A stretch of 64,000 nucleotides of DNA. It comes from Actinomycetota bacterium (GTDB lineage Bacteria; Actinomycetota; Actinomycetes; S36-B12). Location: the NCBI GenBank assembly GCA_017856385.1, contig JAFMFD010000004.1, positions 2,828-66,827 of the forward strand, written 5' to 3'. A program made the translations under genes and the position numbers. The notes under the pieces were generated by a model. It was not told the origin of the DNA. It saw only the letters and a program-made list of their open reading frames with translations, and did no database searches. Within the stretch, counting starts at the first letter, position 1, and every line of letters begins with the position of its first letter. This document shows positions 37,636 to 46,013 of this stretch, in pieces.

Positions 37636-38228
37636 CTCCTGACCCGACGGCGGCGCTGGTCGACCACTGCGACACCCGGCGGGATCGGCGGCAGGCCCGC
37701 CGCCTGGCCTACGAGGTCGAGCCAAGCCTCGGCATGCACGGCGATGCTGTCGACGAGGTGCCCTGCGGAGTCGTCGGAGGGCGTCCACGAGGCGCGGATC
37801 TCCAGATGGCCCTCGCCCGGACGGTCGGACAGTGTGCCGAACGACCGGCCGGACGACCGGGTAACAGTCCCGCCGAGGTGGGTCACGTGGCATGAGCGCA
37901 GCGCAATGACCTCCTCCACCCAGCTCCAGGCGACATCGGTGAGCAGGGCGTCATCGATCAGGTCGGACTCCACCTGGGCGCGCACGAAGACCACTGCCCG
38001 GAAGGAGCCGCCCCACTCGTCCACGCCGTCGGGATCGTGGAGCAGCACGAAGCGGCCGCTGGCGAGATCGGACTCCGGATCGGCCATCTCCACAGTCACC
38101 GCCAGGGTCGAGGGTGCCAGACGCGCGGGAGCCGGTGCCTCGCGGAGCAGGAACTCCGGTCGCACGTTCAGTGCAGCCAACTGGGCCACAGCCACCGCGA
38201 ACGCATCGTCCTCAGGGATCGGTCTCAC
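37632..38228 (-). CDS. conserved actinobacterial protein (recalled as DUF3000)
   Basis: 198-aa ORF located directly upstream of rnd, as I recall from other actinobacteria. Confidence 0.6.
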   Translation of the reverse strand: MRPIPEDDAFAVAVAQLAALNVRPEFLLREAPAPARLAPSTLAVTVEMADPESDLASGRFVLLHDPDGVDEWGGSFRAVVFVRAQVESDLIDDALLTDVAWSWVEEVIALRSCHVTHLGGTVTRSSGRSFGTLSDRPGEGHLEIRASWTPSDDSAGHLVDSIAVHAEAWLDLVGQAAGLPPIPPGVAVVDQRRRRVRS

Positions 38229-38296
38229 GTGGTGAGGGTACGTTTTCGCTCCGCCCCCTCCCGGGTGGCGCGCCGCTGCACTCCTAGGGTGGCGGA

Positions 38297-39127
38297 ATGG
38301 GAGCGCTCCTCGCCCTCTCGGCGAGCCTGATGTGGGGTGCCGCGGACTTCCTCGGCGGAGCCCTCTCCCGACGCATGCCGGCCCTCGCGGTGTACGGGCT
38401 GAGCCAGGTCGTCGGCCTTGCCGCGCTCATCGTCTTCGCCACGGCCACGGGCGCCTGGGACGCAGATCCGGCCTTCTGGCCCTGGGCCATCGGTGCCGGT
38501 GTGCTCGGGATCGTGTCGATGGTGACGTTCTACGCGGCCCTCGCGATCGGTCCCATGGGCATCATCTCGCCGCTGGTGGCGCTCTCCGTCCTGATCCCCG
38601 TGGGCTACGGGCTGCTGCGTGGCGAACAGCCTGCGGGCATCGCGATGGTGGGCATCCTCGTCGCCGTGGTCGGTGTCCTGCTGGCCAGTGGGCCGGAGCT
38701 CTCCGGGGGACAGTCGCCCCGGGCACTGGTGCTCGCCGGCACGTCCGCACTGGCGTTCGGCGTGATCGTCATCTTCATGGCGGAGGGCAGCAAGTACAGC
38801 GCGACGATGACGGTCACCGGAATGCGCATCACGGCGGTGACATGCCTGATGTGCGCAGCTGTCTGGGCGCGCAGTGTCGGCAACCCGACCTCGCGCGACA
38901 TTCTGCCGCTGGTCGCCATCGGCATTTTCGACGCCGCAGCCAACGTAGCGTTCGGGATGGCCACCGCCCTCGGCATGCTCGCGACGGTCTCGGTGCTCGC
39001 CGCGCTCTATCCGGTCGTGACAGCGGTGCTGGCCGCGATCGTGCTGCGCGAGCGGCTGAAGCCGGTGCAGTACATCGGAGTCACGGGCGCGATCATCGGT
39101 GTCGTCATGATCAGCGCAGGTGCGTGA
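38297..39127 (+). CDS. EamA/DMT-family transporter
   Basis: 276 aa with about 10 TM helices and LMWGAADFLGG at the N-terminus. Confidence 0.8.
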   Translation: MGALLALSASLMWGAADFLGGALSRRMPALAVYGLSQVVGLAALIVFATATGAWDADPAFWPWAIGAGVLGIVSMVTFYAALAIGPMGIISPLVALSVLIPVGYGLLRGEQPAGIAMVGILVAVVGVLLASGPELSGGQSPRALVLAGTSALAFGVIVIFMAEGSKYSATMTVTGMRITAVTCLMCAAVWARSVGNPTSRDILPLVAIGIFDAAANVAFGMATALGMLATVSVLAALYPVVTAVLAAIVLRERLKPVQYIGVTGAIIGVVMISAGA

Positions 39128-39128
39128 C

Positions 39129-39578
39129 CTAGGTCGGCTCGAACGTGAGGCTCACCGAGTTGATGCAGTACCGCTGATCCGTGGGCGTCGCATAGCCCTC
39201 ACCGGTGAAGACGTGGCCCAGGTGCCCGCCGCACGACGCGCAGCGCACCTCGGTCCTCATCATGCCGAGGGAGGTGTCCTCGAGCAGGATCACCGAGTCT
39301 CCTGCCAGCGGCGTGAAGAAACTCGGCCACCCGCAGTGGCTGTCGAACTTCGCGTCGCTGCGGAACAGCTCGGCCCGACAGGCACGGCACCTGTAGACAC
39401 CCACGTCGTGGTTGTCGGTGTACGCACCGGTGAACGGTGCCTCGGTCCCGCCGGCTCGCAGGACGCGGTACTCGTCCGGCGCCAGCTCCTCGCGCCACTC
39501 CGCCTCGGAGCGTGCCCGTGGGTAGGCGGTGCCGTCAGGGCGCTCGGGTCCATCCGATGCGGGAGTGCTGTGGGCCAT
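39129..39578 (-). CDS. msrB: peptide-methionine (R)-S-oxide reductase
   Basis: Motifs YRCRACRAELF, HCGWPSF, CASCGGHLGHVF and RYCINS. Confidence 0.9.
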   Translation of the reverse strand: MAHSTPASDGPERPDGTAYPRARSEAEWREELAPDEYRVLRAGGTEAPFTGAYTDNHDVGVYRCRACRAELFRSDAKFDSHCGWPSFFTPLAGDSVILLEDTSLGMMRTEVRCASCGGHLGHVFTGEGYATPTDQRYCINSVSLTFEPT

Positions 39579-39679
39579 GCGGGGACCCTAGGCCAGCACG
39601 CGTGCCCGCGCACGCGCGCGGACGGGTCGACAGGCTCGCGCGGCGCCCTGCGCGCTTTCGTGGGCGGTAGGGTCGCGGC

Positions 39680-40216
39680 GTGAGCGAGATGCTGGACACG
39701 CGAGGTGCATGGCTGCGTGACGATGAGCTGGCGTCGGCGCGCGAGCGGCTGCCGATCGTCTACATCGATGCGGTGCCGGTGCGCACGGATCCCAGGGGGG
39801 AGATCTCCTCGATCGGTCTCCTGCTGCGGGCCATGCCCGACGGGAGCATCTCGCGGGCGATCGTCTCCGGTCGGGTGCTCTACGGCGAGCGGGTGCGCGA
39901 TGCCCTCCTGCGCCACCTCGAGAAGGATCTCGGGCCCGTCGCGCTGCCGCGCGTGGCGCCGTCGCCCCAGCCCTTCACCGTCGTTGAGTACTTCCCCGAT
40001 CCCCAGGTGACCGGGTTCCACGACCCTCGCCAGCACGCGGTCTCGCTCGCGTTCATCGTCCCCCTCGACGGGGACTGCTCACCCTCGCAGGAGGCGCTCG
40101 ACCTGGTGTGGGTCACGCCCGAGCAGGCGCTGTCCCCGCAGTTCGAGGCGGAGATGGAGGGCGGTCAGGGCCGGCTCGTGCGCATGGCCCTCGCCCATTG
40201 CGGGCTCCTGCCCTGA
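39680..40216 (+). CDS. NUDIX-fold-like protein (recalled as DUF4916)
   Basis: GTG start. LPIVYIDAVPV...IGLLLR... has NUDIX-like topology, but I do not see a clean GX5EX7REUXEEXGU box. Confidence 0.5.
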   Translation: MSEMLDTRGAWLRDDELASARERLPIVYIDAVPVRTDPRGEISSIGLLLRAMPDGSISRAIVSGRVLYGERVRDALLRHLEKDLGPVALPRVAPSPQPFTVVEYFPDPQVTGFHDPRQHAVSLAFIVPLDGDCSPSQEALDLVWVTPEQALSPQFEAEMEGGQGRLVRMALAHCGLLP

Positions 40217-40264
40217 GGCGCAGGCGGCCGCGCCAGCCTCAGTGCCGGTACTGAGCCCTGACTG

Positions 40265-40729
40265 CTAGTACGGGTCGATGCCCAGCAGCGTCTCGTCCTC
40301 CGGTGTCAGGTCGGTGGGTCGGTCGGCGAACTGGTCGTAGTAGGGGTCCGCCCGCTCGGCATCGGTCTCGTCGTCGACGTAGGAGTCCTGCTCGGGGTCC
40401 AGCAGGTTGACCACGTGCATCGCCGACTGCTCCGCCGGCAGCCATGGCCGCGGGGTCAGGCCCCCGGCGTGCATCGGGTCGTCGCTGGCATCCTCGGCGT
40501 CCTCGATGGCCAGCGTGGACTCGATGGCCTCGAGCGGGAAGAGCAGGCCGTCGAGATCACCCTCCCCGCCACCGCCGTTGAGCGCGTTGTGCGTGGCCTC
40601 GGCCTCCATGATCATCGAGAGCCGCTCGGCCTGATCGGCAGCGTCACCGGCGGAATCACCGTGCGATGCCGTCGCCCGTGCCACCTGCGAGGGCGACGAT
40701 GCATCGACCACTTCCTCGTTCATGGCCAC
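40265..40729 (-). CDS. highly acidic conserved protein (recalled as DUF5709)
   Basis: 154 aa, rich in Asp and Glu, ending ...TPEDETLLGIDPY. Confidence 0.45.
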   Translation of the reverse strand: MAMNEEVVDASSPSQVARATASHGDSAGDAADQAERLSMIMEAEATHNALNGGGGEGDLDGLLFPLEAIESTLAIEDAEDASDDPMHAGGLTPRPWLPAEQSAMHVVNLLDPEQDSYVDDETDAERADPYYDQFADRPTDLTPEDETLLGIDPY

Positions 40730-40796
40730 CTCCTGATGGGTTCCCTCTCACGGTAGACCCGCGCGGCCTGCGATCGCATCCGCTGGAGACAGGAGT

Positions 40797-41627
40797 TCAG
40801 GCGTCCGTTCCCGGTCCGATGCCGAGGGGGGAGCCGACGGAGACGGCGAGGGCACGGATCCGCGCGAGCGTCGCGTCGTCGCGCACCACCCCGACTCCGG
40901 CTCCCGTCGACTTCGAGAGTTTGATGCCCGCGACGTCCACGACCAGACCGTGGTGGCGGATCCGCGTGGCGAGGAAGGCGGGGTTCGGCAGGTACTGCGC
41001 AAGGTGGACCTGCGCTGCCGACGACTCGCGCAGGTCCTCGCCCCGCAGGATGTGCGTGACACCGTCCGCCGTGTCCTCGATGAGGGAGACCCACTGGTAC
41101 GCAGGGATGTCATCGCGCCGCCAGATAACGAAGTCGCCCATGGCGACGTCGAGGCGCACGACCTGACCGTCCATGTTGATCGCGGTTCCCTCGGGCACGG
41201 CGATGCGCAGGGCGGTGCGCCCGGCCTCCAAGGTGAGCCCGCGCGTTCGGCAGCCACCCGGGCAGCCGCCGGTCGGGATGCGCGTGACCTGGCTGCGGCT
41301 GCACGCACAGGCGTAGGCGGGCAGGCCCGCGGTGCGCGCCTCCTCCAGTGCACGGCGGGCCTCGGCGACACGATCGGACCGTCGCGCATGCGCCTCGTCC
41401 GGGGTGCGTGGGCCGTTCATCCACGTCACACCGAGCCAGTCCAGTACCTCGAAGACGTCCTCGAGGTACTCCTCGCGCAGCCGACCCTCGTCGACATCGT
41501 CGATCCGCAGGTCGAGGCGAGCGCCGAGCTCGCGGGCCCACCACGACGCGAGCAGGAAGTTCACCGCATTGCCCTCGTGGAGCCGCCCGCTCGGTGTGGG
41601 CGCGATACGCGTGACGGGCCCGATCAT
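40797..41627 (-). CDS. gluQ: glutamyl-Q tRNA(Asp) synthetase-like truncated class I GluRS paralog
   Basis: Motifs RIAPTPSGRLHEGNA (HIGH-like), a Cys cluster CACSRSQ...GGCPGGC, WRRDDIPAYQW, HILRGEDL and KLSKS. 276 aa, with no anticodon-binding domain. Confidence 0.7.
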   Translation of the reverse strand: MIGPVTRIAPTPSGRLHEGNAVNFLLASWWARELGARLDLRIDDVDEGRLREEYLEDVFEVLDWLGVTWMNGPRTPDEAHARRSDRVAEARRALEEARTAGLPAYACACSRSQVTRIPTGGCPGGCRTRGLTLEAGRTALRIAVPEGTAINMDGQVVRLDVAMGDFVIWRRDDIPAYQWVSLIEDTADGVTHILRGEDLRESSAAQVHLAQYLPNPAFLATRIRHHGLVVDVAGIKLSKSTGAGVGVVRDDATLARIRALAVSVGSPLGIGPGTDA

Positions 41628-41695
41628 GCGGCGAGCCTAGGAGGGCGTCGGCACGCCTCCTGCCGCGGCACGGGTCGACGTGGCACTCTGGTCAG

Positions 41696-43090
41696 GTGCT
41701 TCCCCGGCTTCTGGTGTCCATCCTCGTGTCCGGGGCCCTGTGCGTGGGTGCGGCGGTGCCCGCGACCGCTGCGACCCGCGACTGGGAACCCTCGTCGTGG
41801 ACGGGCGTGGCGCTCGGGGCGCCGGTCCCGGCGGCCGGCCTGACGGCACCCATGCCAGCCCCGTTGCCGCCCACGGCCTACCTGCCGATCGCCTACGAGG
41901 GGCAGACCGGCTGCGACTCCACCCCGAAGCCGGGCGCGCTCTACTTCGCCGCGCTCATCCGCGCCACCTACGGCAGCGAGCAGTCGATCGGCATCCCCCG
42001 TGGCTGCGAGGTCGGCGGCCGCAGCGAGCACAAGGAGGGGCGCGCAGTTGACTGGATGATCGACGTGCGTGACCCTGCCGAGCGCGCCAAGGCGGAGGCG
42101 TTCCTGAACTGGCTGCTCGGTCCCGATCAGGCGGGTCGGCCGCACGGTCACGCGATGCAGCTCGGCGTCATGTACATCGGGTGGCATGACCGAATGTGGC
42201 GCGGATACCGGCCTGAGGTGGGGTGGACCGAGCTCAAGAGCTGTTTCAGCACACCCGACCCGAAGTACGACAACCACTGCCATCGCAATCACATCCACAT
42301 CTCCCTCACCTGGGCAGGGTCTGCATCGGCCACGGCTCCCGCACCCGGTGCCCCCGTCGCCCCGGCCCGTCCCGCGGCGCCGGCGCAGCCGGGGCTGGAC
42401 AACGACGACTTCATGTCAGTCGGCTCCGAGCTCGGCTTCATGACCGAGGAGGGCGACCCTCTCGAGCCGGGCGAGCTGCGCACGGTCGACCTCGCCCCTG
42501 TGGCCTCGAACGCCGGCACGGCGCTCGTTCTCGTGACCTCCCAGAGCACCGAGAGCGATGGCCGGCTCCGTATCGGCATGGTCGAGGCGAAGGCCTCTGT
42601 CGGCGTCGACATGGGCAAGCGTCGGATGCGGACATCCGTCGTCGAGGTTCCGGTCGCGAACGGCCAGGTGCAGATCGCCGCGCCCAAGTCCGGTGCCGTC
42701 GATGTGCGCGTCGACGTTCTCGGCTACACGATCGCGGGCGGAAGGCATCGCGCCATCGCGATCACGCCGGTGACCCTCGCCAAGGGACGCTTCCGGCCGG
42801 GCAGGGTCCTGGACCTCAGGGTCCGGGGCGAGGGCGATGTGCCCCGCAAGCGGTCACGTGCGACAGCCGTGCTCCTGCGAGTGACCAGCGAGGGCAGGGG
42901 GCAGGCGGGTCGCTTCGTCGCGTACCCGACCAAGGGTGCAGAACTCGGCACGTCGGCCGCGCGGGTCCTGGAGTCCGGTGTCGCCACGAGTGTCATCGCT
43001 GCCGATATAGGGGCCGACGGCAAGGTCGCGCTGGCGACATCAGTGCCGACCAAGGCGCGCGTCGAGATCATCGGTTACGTCGCCGGCTGA
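41696..43090 (+). CDS. secreted LAS-type (M15-like) metallopeptidase-fold protein with two C-terminal beta-rich repeats
   Basis: GTG start and a signal peptide, MLPRLLVSILVSGALCVGAAVPATAA. SEHKEGRAVD matches SxHxxGxAxD. HRNHIHIS supplies the HxH motif. A Pro/Ala linker is followed by two modules ending VDVLGYT and VEIIGYVAG. Confidence 0.6.
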   Translation: MLPRLLVSILVSGALCVGAAVPATAATRDWEPSSWTGVALGAPVPAAGLTAPMPAPLPPTAYLPIAYEGQTGCDSTPKPGALYFAALIRATYGSEQSIGIPRGCEVGGRSEHKEGRAVDWMIDVRDPAERAKAEAFLNWLLGPDQAGRPHGHAMQLGVMYIGWHDRMWRGYRPEVGWTELKSCFSTPDPKYDNHCHRNHIHISLTWAGSASATAPAPGAPVAPARPAAPAQPGLDNDDFMSVGSELGFMTEEGDPLEPGELRTVDLAPVASNAGTALVLVTSQSTESDGRLRIGMVEAKASVGVDMGKRRMRTSVVEVPVANGQVQIAAPKSGAVDVRVDVLGYTIAGGRHRAIAITPVTLAKGRFRPGRVLDLRVRGEGDVPRKRSRATAVLLRVTSEGRGQAGRFVAYPTKGAELGTSAARVLESGVATSVIAADIGADGKVALATSVPTKARVEIIGYVAG

Positions 43091-43190
43091 GACTCGCGCC
43101 TTGGTCGGTTCCGGACGTCGAGTCTGGGGCGCCGGCGCGAGATGACCGGGAGAAGTTACGCACAGGTGCTGCTTCCGGGCCCCAATCCGT

Positions 43191-43217
43191 CGTTTGTCCC
43201 GTGTCGCGGGACAAACG
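43191..43217 (-). terminator. 11-bp-stem hairpin downstream of tRNA-Leu (candidate terminator)
   Basis: cgtttgtcccg (43191-43201), loop tgtcg, cgggacaaacg (43207-43217). There is no U-tract. Confidence 0.4.
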
Positions 43218-43278
43218 AACGAGACGTGGCCGAATCCGGGGGTTTTAGCTCGGTTCTCCCGTGTCGCGGGACAAACGA
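43198..43278. repeat. 21-nt direct repeat CCCGTGTCGCGGGACAAACGA, two copies exactly 60 nt apart
   Basis: Copies at 43198-43218 and 43258-43278. The first lies within the full hairpin. The second retains only the right arm. Confidence 0.8.
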
Positions 43279-43284
43279 GCGGGT

Positions 43285-43371
43285 TGGTGTCCGAGGGGGG
43301 ACTTGAACCCCCATGCCCCTGAGGGCACTAGCACCTCAAGCTAGCGCGTCTGCCAATTCCGCCACCCGGAC
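43285..43371 (-). tRNA. tRNA-Leu (anticodon GAG), class II with long variable arm, CCA encoded
   Basis: Reverse complement: GTCCGGG-TG-GCG-GAATTGGCAGA-CGC-G-CTAGC-TTGAGGT-GCTAG-TGCCCTCAGGGGCAT-GGGGG-TTCAAGT-CCCCC-CTCGGAC-A-CCA. The 7-bp acceptor stem has one G-T pair. The anticodon loop is TT-GAG-GT. Confidence 0.9.
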
Positions 43372-43427
43372 GAGTGCGCCGTCACTATACAAGCGCGCGC
43401 AGGTGCCCGACGCGGCAGGATGGGTCC

Positions 43428-44744
43428 ATGCCGGTGACCAGCACTCCCGAGGACGAGGTCGTCTCCATCACCGCAGACCTGATACGGATCGACACCTCGA
43501 ACTTCGGCGCATCGGACGAGACGGTCGGGGAGGCCGCGGCGGCGGACTACCTCGCCCAGCGCCTGATCGAGGTGGGCCTGGAGCCCGAGGTCATCGTCAC
43601 CACCTCGGATGCGCGCAGGGCGGTGACCCTGCGCATCCCTGGGACCGATCCCGACGCTGGCGCCCTGCTTCTCCACGGCCACATCGACACCGTGCCCGCG
43701 GTCGCAAGCGACTGGAGCCACCCTCCATTCGGCGCGGACATGGACGACGGCTACGTCTGGGGCCGAGGTGCGGTGGACATGAAGGACATGGACGCCATGA
43801 TCCTTTCGGTCATCCGTTCCTGGGCACGCGAAAGCGTGCGTCCTCGACGCGACATCGTCGTGCTGTTCCTGCCCGACGAGGAGGCGGGCGGCCGTCACGG
43901 GGGCCACTGGCTCGTCGAGAACAGGCCCGACATCTTCACCGGCGTGACCCACGCCGTGGGCGAGGTCGGCGGGTTCTCGATCACCGTGAATGACGACCTG
44001 CGCCTGTATCCGATCCAGACGGCGGAGAAGGGCATCCGCTGGCTCACCCTGCGTGCCCAGGCCCGCGCGGGCCATGGCTCGATGATCCACCCGGACAACG
44101 CGGTGACCCAGATCGCCTCGGCGGTGGCACGCATCGGCGGATTCGCCTGGCCACGGCGCCGCACCCGGACGGTCGACCGGTTCCTGCAGGACCTGGGCGA
44201 GGCGTACGGGATCGAGGTCGACATGGACGACCCCGGGCCGCTGCTCGAGCGCCTCGGGACACTGGGCTTCCTCGTCGGAGCGACGCTGCAGAACACGGCC
44301 AACCCGACCATCCTCACCGCGGGCTACAAGCACAACGTCATCCCCGGCACGGCCACCGCGGGCATCGACGGCCGGGTGCTGCCCGGCTACGAGGAGGAGT
44401 TCGAGGAGACCATCCGTGCCCTCGTGGGCCCCGGCATCGACATCGAGCACGAGACCGTCGATATCGCGCTCGAGGCGCCGCTCGACGGCCCGCTCCTGGA
44501 CCTCATGGCATCAGTCCTGCGAGCCGAGGATCCCGGCGCCCGGCCCATCCCGTACATGATCAGCGGAGGCACCGATGCCAAGGCGTTCTCCCGGCTGGGC
44601 ATCGAGTGCTACGGGTTCAGCCCGCTGCGCATGCCTGCCGACCTGGACTACTGGCGGCTGTTCCACGGTGTCGACGAGCGCGTGCCGATCGAGGGGCTGC
44701 AGTTCGGGGTCCGGGTGCTGGACCGCTTCCTGCGGGCCTGCTGA
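43428..44744 (+). CDS. M20/M25/M40-family metallopeptidase
   Basis: ORF trimmed to ATG 43428. Motifs LLLHGHIDTVP, GRGAVDMKD, FLPDEEAGG and SGGTDAK. Confidence 0.8.
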   Translation: MPVTSTPEDEVVSITADLIRIDTSNFGASDETVGEAAAADYLAQRLIEVGLEPEVIVTTSDARRAVTLRIPGTDPDAGALLLHGHIDTVPAVASDWSHPPFGADMDDGYVWGRGAVDMKDMDAMILSVIRSWARESVRPRRDIVVLFLPDEEAGGRHGGHWLVENRPDIFTGVTHAVGEVGGFSITVNDDLRLYPIQTAEKGIRWLTLRAQARAGHGSMIHPDNAVTQIASAVARIGGFAWPRRRTRTVDRFLQDLGEAYGIEVDMDDPGPLLERLGTLGFLVGATLQNTANPTILTAGYKHNVIPGTATAGIDGRVLPGYEEEFEETIRALVGPGIDIEHETVDIALEAPLDGPLLDLMASVLRAEDPGARPIPYMISGGTDAKAFSRLGIECYGFSPLRMPADLDYWRLFHGVDERVPIEGLQFGVRVLDRFLRAC

Positions 44745-44745
44745 C

Positions 44746-44774
44746 CCGCCTGATGCGGCAGGCGCATCAGGCGG
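44746..44774. terminator. 12-bp-stem hairpin between convergent genes (candidate bidirectional terminator)
   Basis: ccgcctgatgcg (44746-44757), loop gcagg, cgcatcaggcgg (44763-44774). It overlaps the stop of the small minus-strand ORF. Confidence 0.5.
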
Positions 44775-44964
44775 TGCGCTGCATCCGGTAGATGCGCCGG
44801 CGCAGCCGGATCACGCGGTGGCCGTCCGCGTGCAGGTGCACCCGATCGAGCTCCCAGCGACCGGTGTCCGCGGCCGCCGTCAGGTGCTGCCGCGCCGACT
44901 CCCTGGACTGGTCACGCGACAGCCACACCTCGCGGAACTCCCACTCGGGCGCGCGCGACTCCAT
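44767..44964 (-). CDS. small conserved protein, 65 aa (recalled as DUF5703)
   Basis: Only the C-terminal 65 codons of ORF 44767..45603 are kept (MESRAPEWEFREVWLSRDQSRESARQHL...). The ATG at 44964 lies 3 nt downstream of the AKR stop. Confidence 0.45.
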   Translation of the reverse strand: MESRAPEWEFREVWLSRDQSRESARQHLTAAADTGRWELDRVHLHADGHRVIRLRRRIYRMQRTA

Positions 44965-44966
44965 GG

Positions 44967-45950
44967 CTACCGTCGCTGGGCCCAGCCGGCTTCGGGGTAG
45001 CCCAGGGGCGGGGCCGACACATCGTCCAGCGCGGTGAGGATCTCCTCGGGCAGCTCGAGCTCCTCCGACGCCAGCGCGGCGACCAGTTGCTGCACGGTGC
45101 GAGCGCCGAGGATCGGGGCGACGACGCCGGGCCGGTCGCGCAGCCATGCGAGGGCGACCTCGGCCGGTGCCGCGCCCAGGCCTTCGGCGGCCGTGGACAG
45201 CGCGTCGACGATCCGCCGTGCGCGGTCGTCGAGGTACGCCTGCACGAATCCCGCGGTGTCCGGATTTGCGCCGCGGGAGTCGAGGGGGAGGCTGTGGCGG
45301 TACTTGCCGGTGAGCACGCCCCGACCGAGCGGGGACCACGCGAGGATCCCCATCCCGAGCCCCTGGGCCGCCGGCACGATCTCGCGCTCGATGCCGCGCT
45401 CGAGGAGCGAGTACTCCATCTGCGCCGTGACCAGCGGGGCGCGCAGTTCGCCCGCCTGCTGATGCGTCGCCGCACGCGCCGTCTGCCAGCCGGAGAAGTT
45501 GCTGACGCCTGCGTACCGGACCTTCCCGGAGCTCACCGCGGAGTCGATCGCGGCGAGGGTCTCCTCCATGGGCGTCCACGGGTCCCACGAGTGCAGGCTC
45601 CACAGGTCGATCGTGTCCGTGCGCAGGCGGGCGAGGGAGGCCTCGAGGCTGCGCAGCAGGTGGCGCCGTGAGGTGTCCACCCGCCTGCCCGGTCCGGCCA
45701 CTGCTCCGGCCTTCGTCGACAGCACGATGTCGTCGCGGACCTCGAACTCCTCGATCAACTCGCCGAGCAGCGCCTCGGCACCTCCATCGGCGTAGACGTC
45801 AGCCGTGTCGATGAGCGTCCCACCGGCATCGAGGAAGGCGGCCAGCTGGTCCCGAGCGTCGTACTCGTCCGTGCCCCGCGTCCACGTCGCGGTGCCGAGG
45901 GCGAGACGGCCCACCCATACGCCGGACCTGCCCAGCGGCCGTGTCTCCAT
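44967..45950 (-). CDS. aldo/keto reductase
   Basis: Motifs LGTATW, FLDAGGTLIDTADVYADG, LSTK, LWSLHSWD and YAGVSNF. Confidence 0.85.
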   Translation of the reverse strand: METRPLGRSGVWVGRLALGTATWTRGTDEYDARDQLAAFLDAGGTLIDTADVYADGGAEALLGELIEEFEVRDDIVLSTKAGAVAGPGRRVDTSRRHLLRSLEASLARLRTDTIDLWSLHSWDPWTPMEETLAAIDSAVSSGKVRYAGVSNFSGWQTARAATHQQAGELRAPLVTAQMEYSLLERGIEREIVPAAQGLGMGILAWSPLGRGVLTGKYRHSLPLDSRGANPDTAGFVQAYLDDRARRIVDALSTAAEGLGAAPAEVALAWLRDRPGVVAPILGARTVQQLVAALASEELELPEEILTALDDVSAPPLGYPEAGWAQRR

Positions 45951-46013
45951 GACAGCACGCTACTGCGGGTCCGCAGAGCATGGCCCTAGGCTCGCCATGA
46001 CGAAGGGAGCCCC

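Noticed and set aside
40217-40264. Terminator hairpin between the convergent NUDIX-like and acidic-protein genes (CTCAGT...ACTGAG)
   Set aside because: The stem is only 6 bp with an irregular loop. That is too weak to call.
43198-43278. CRISPR-like array
   Set aside because: Only two repeat copies are present, there are no cas genes in the window, and the repeat is part of a terminator-like hairpin.
43091-43371. Integrated mobile element or att site at tRNA-Leu
   Set aside because: No integrase, excisionase or other mobile genes flank the tRNA, and the 21-nt repeat does not contain tRNA sequence. I kept it only as a low-interest repeat observation.
44965-45603. Upstream part of the 278-aa minus ORF 44767..45603
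   Set aside because: It overlaps the clear aldo/keto reductase in another frame. Only the last 65 codons, downstream of the AKR stop, are plausible.
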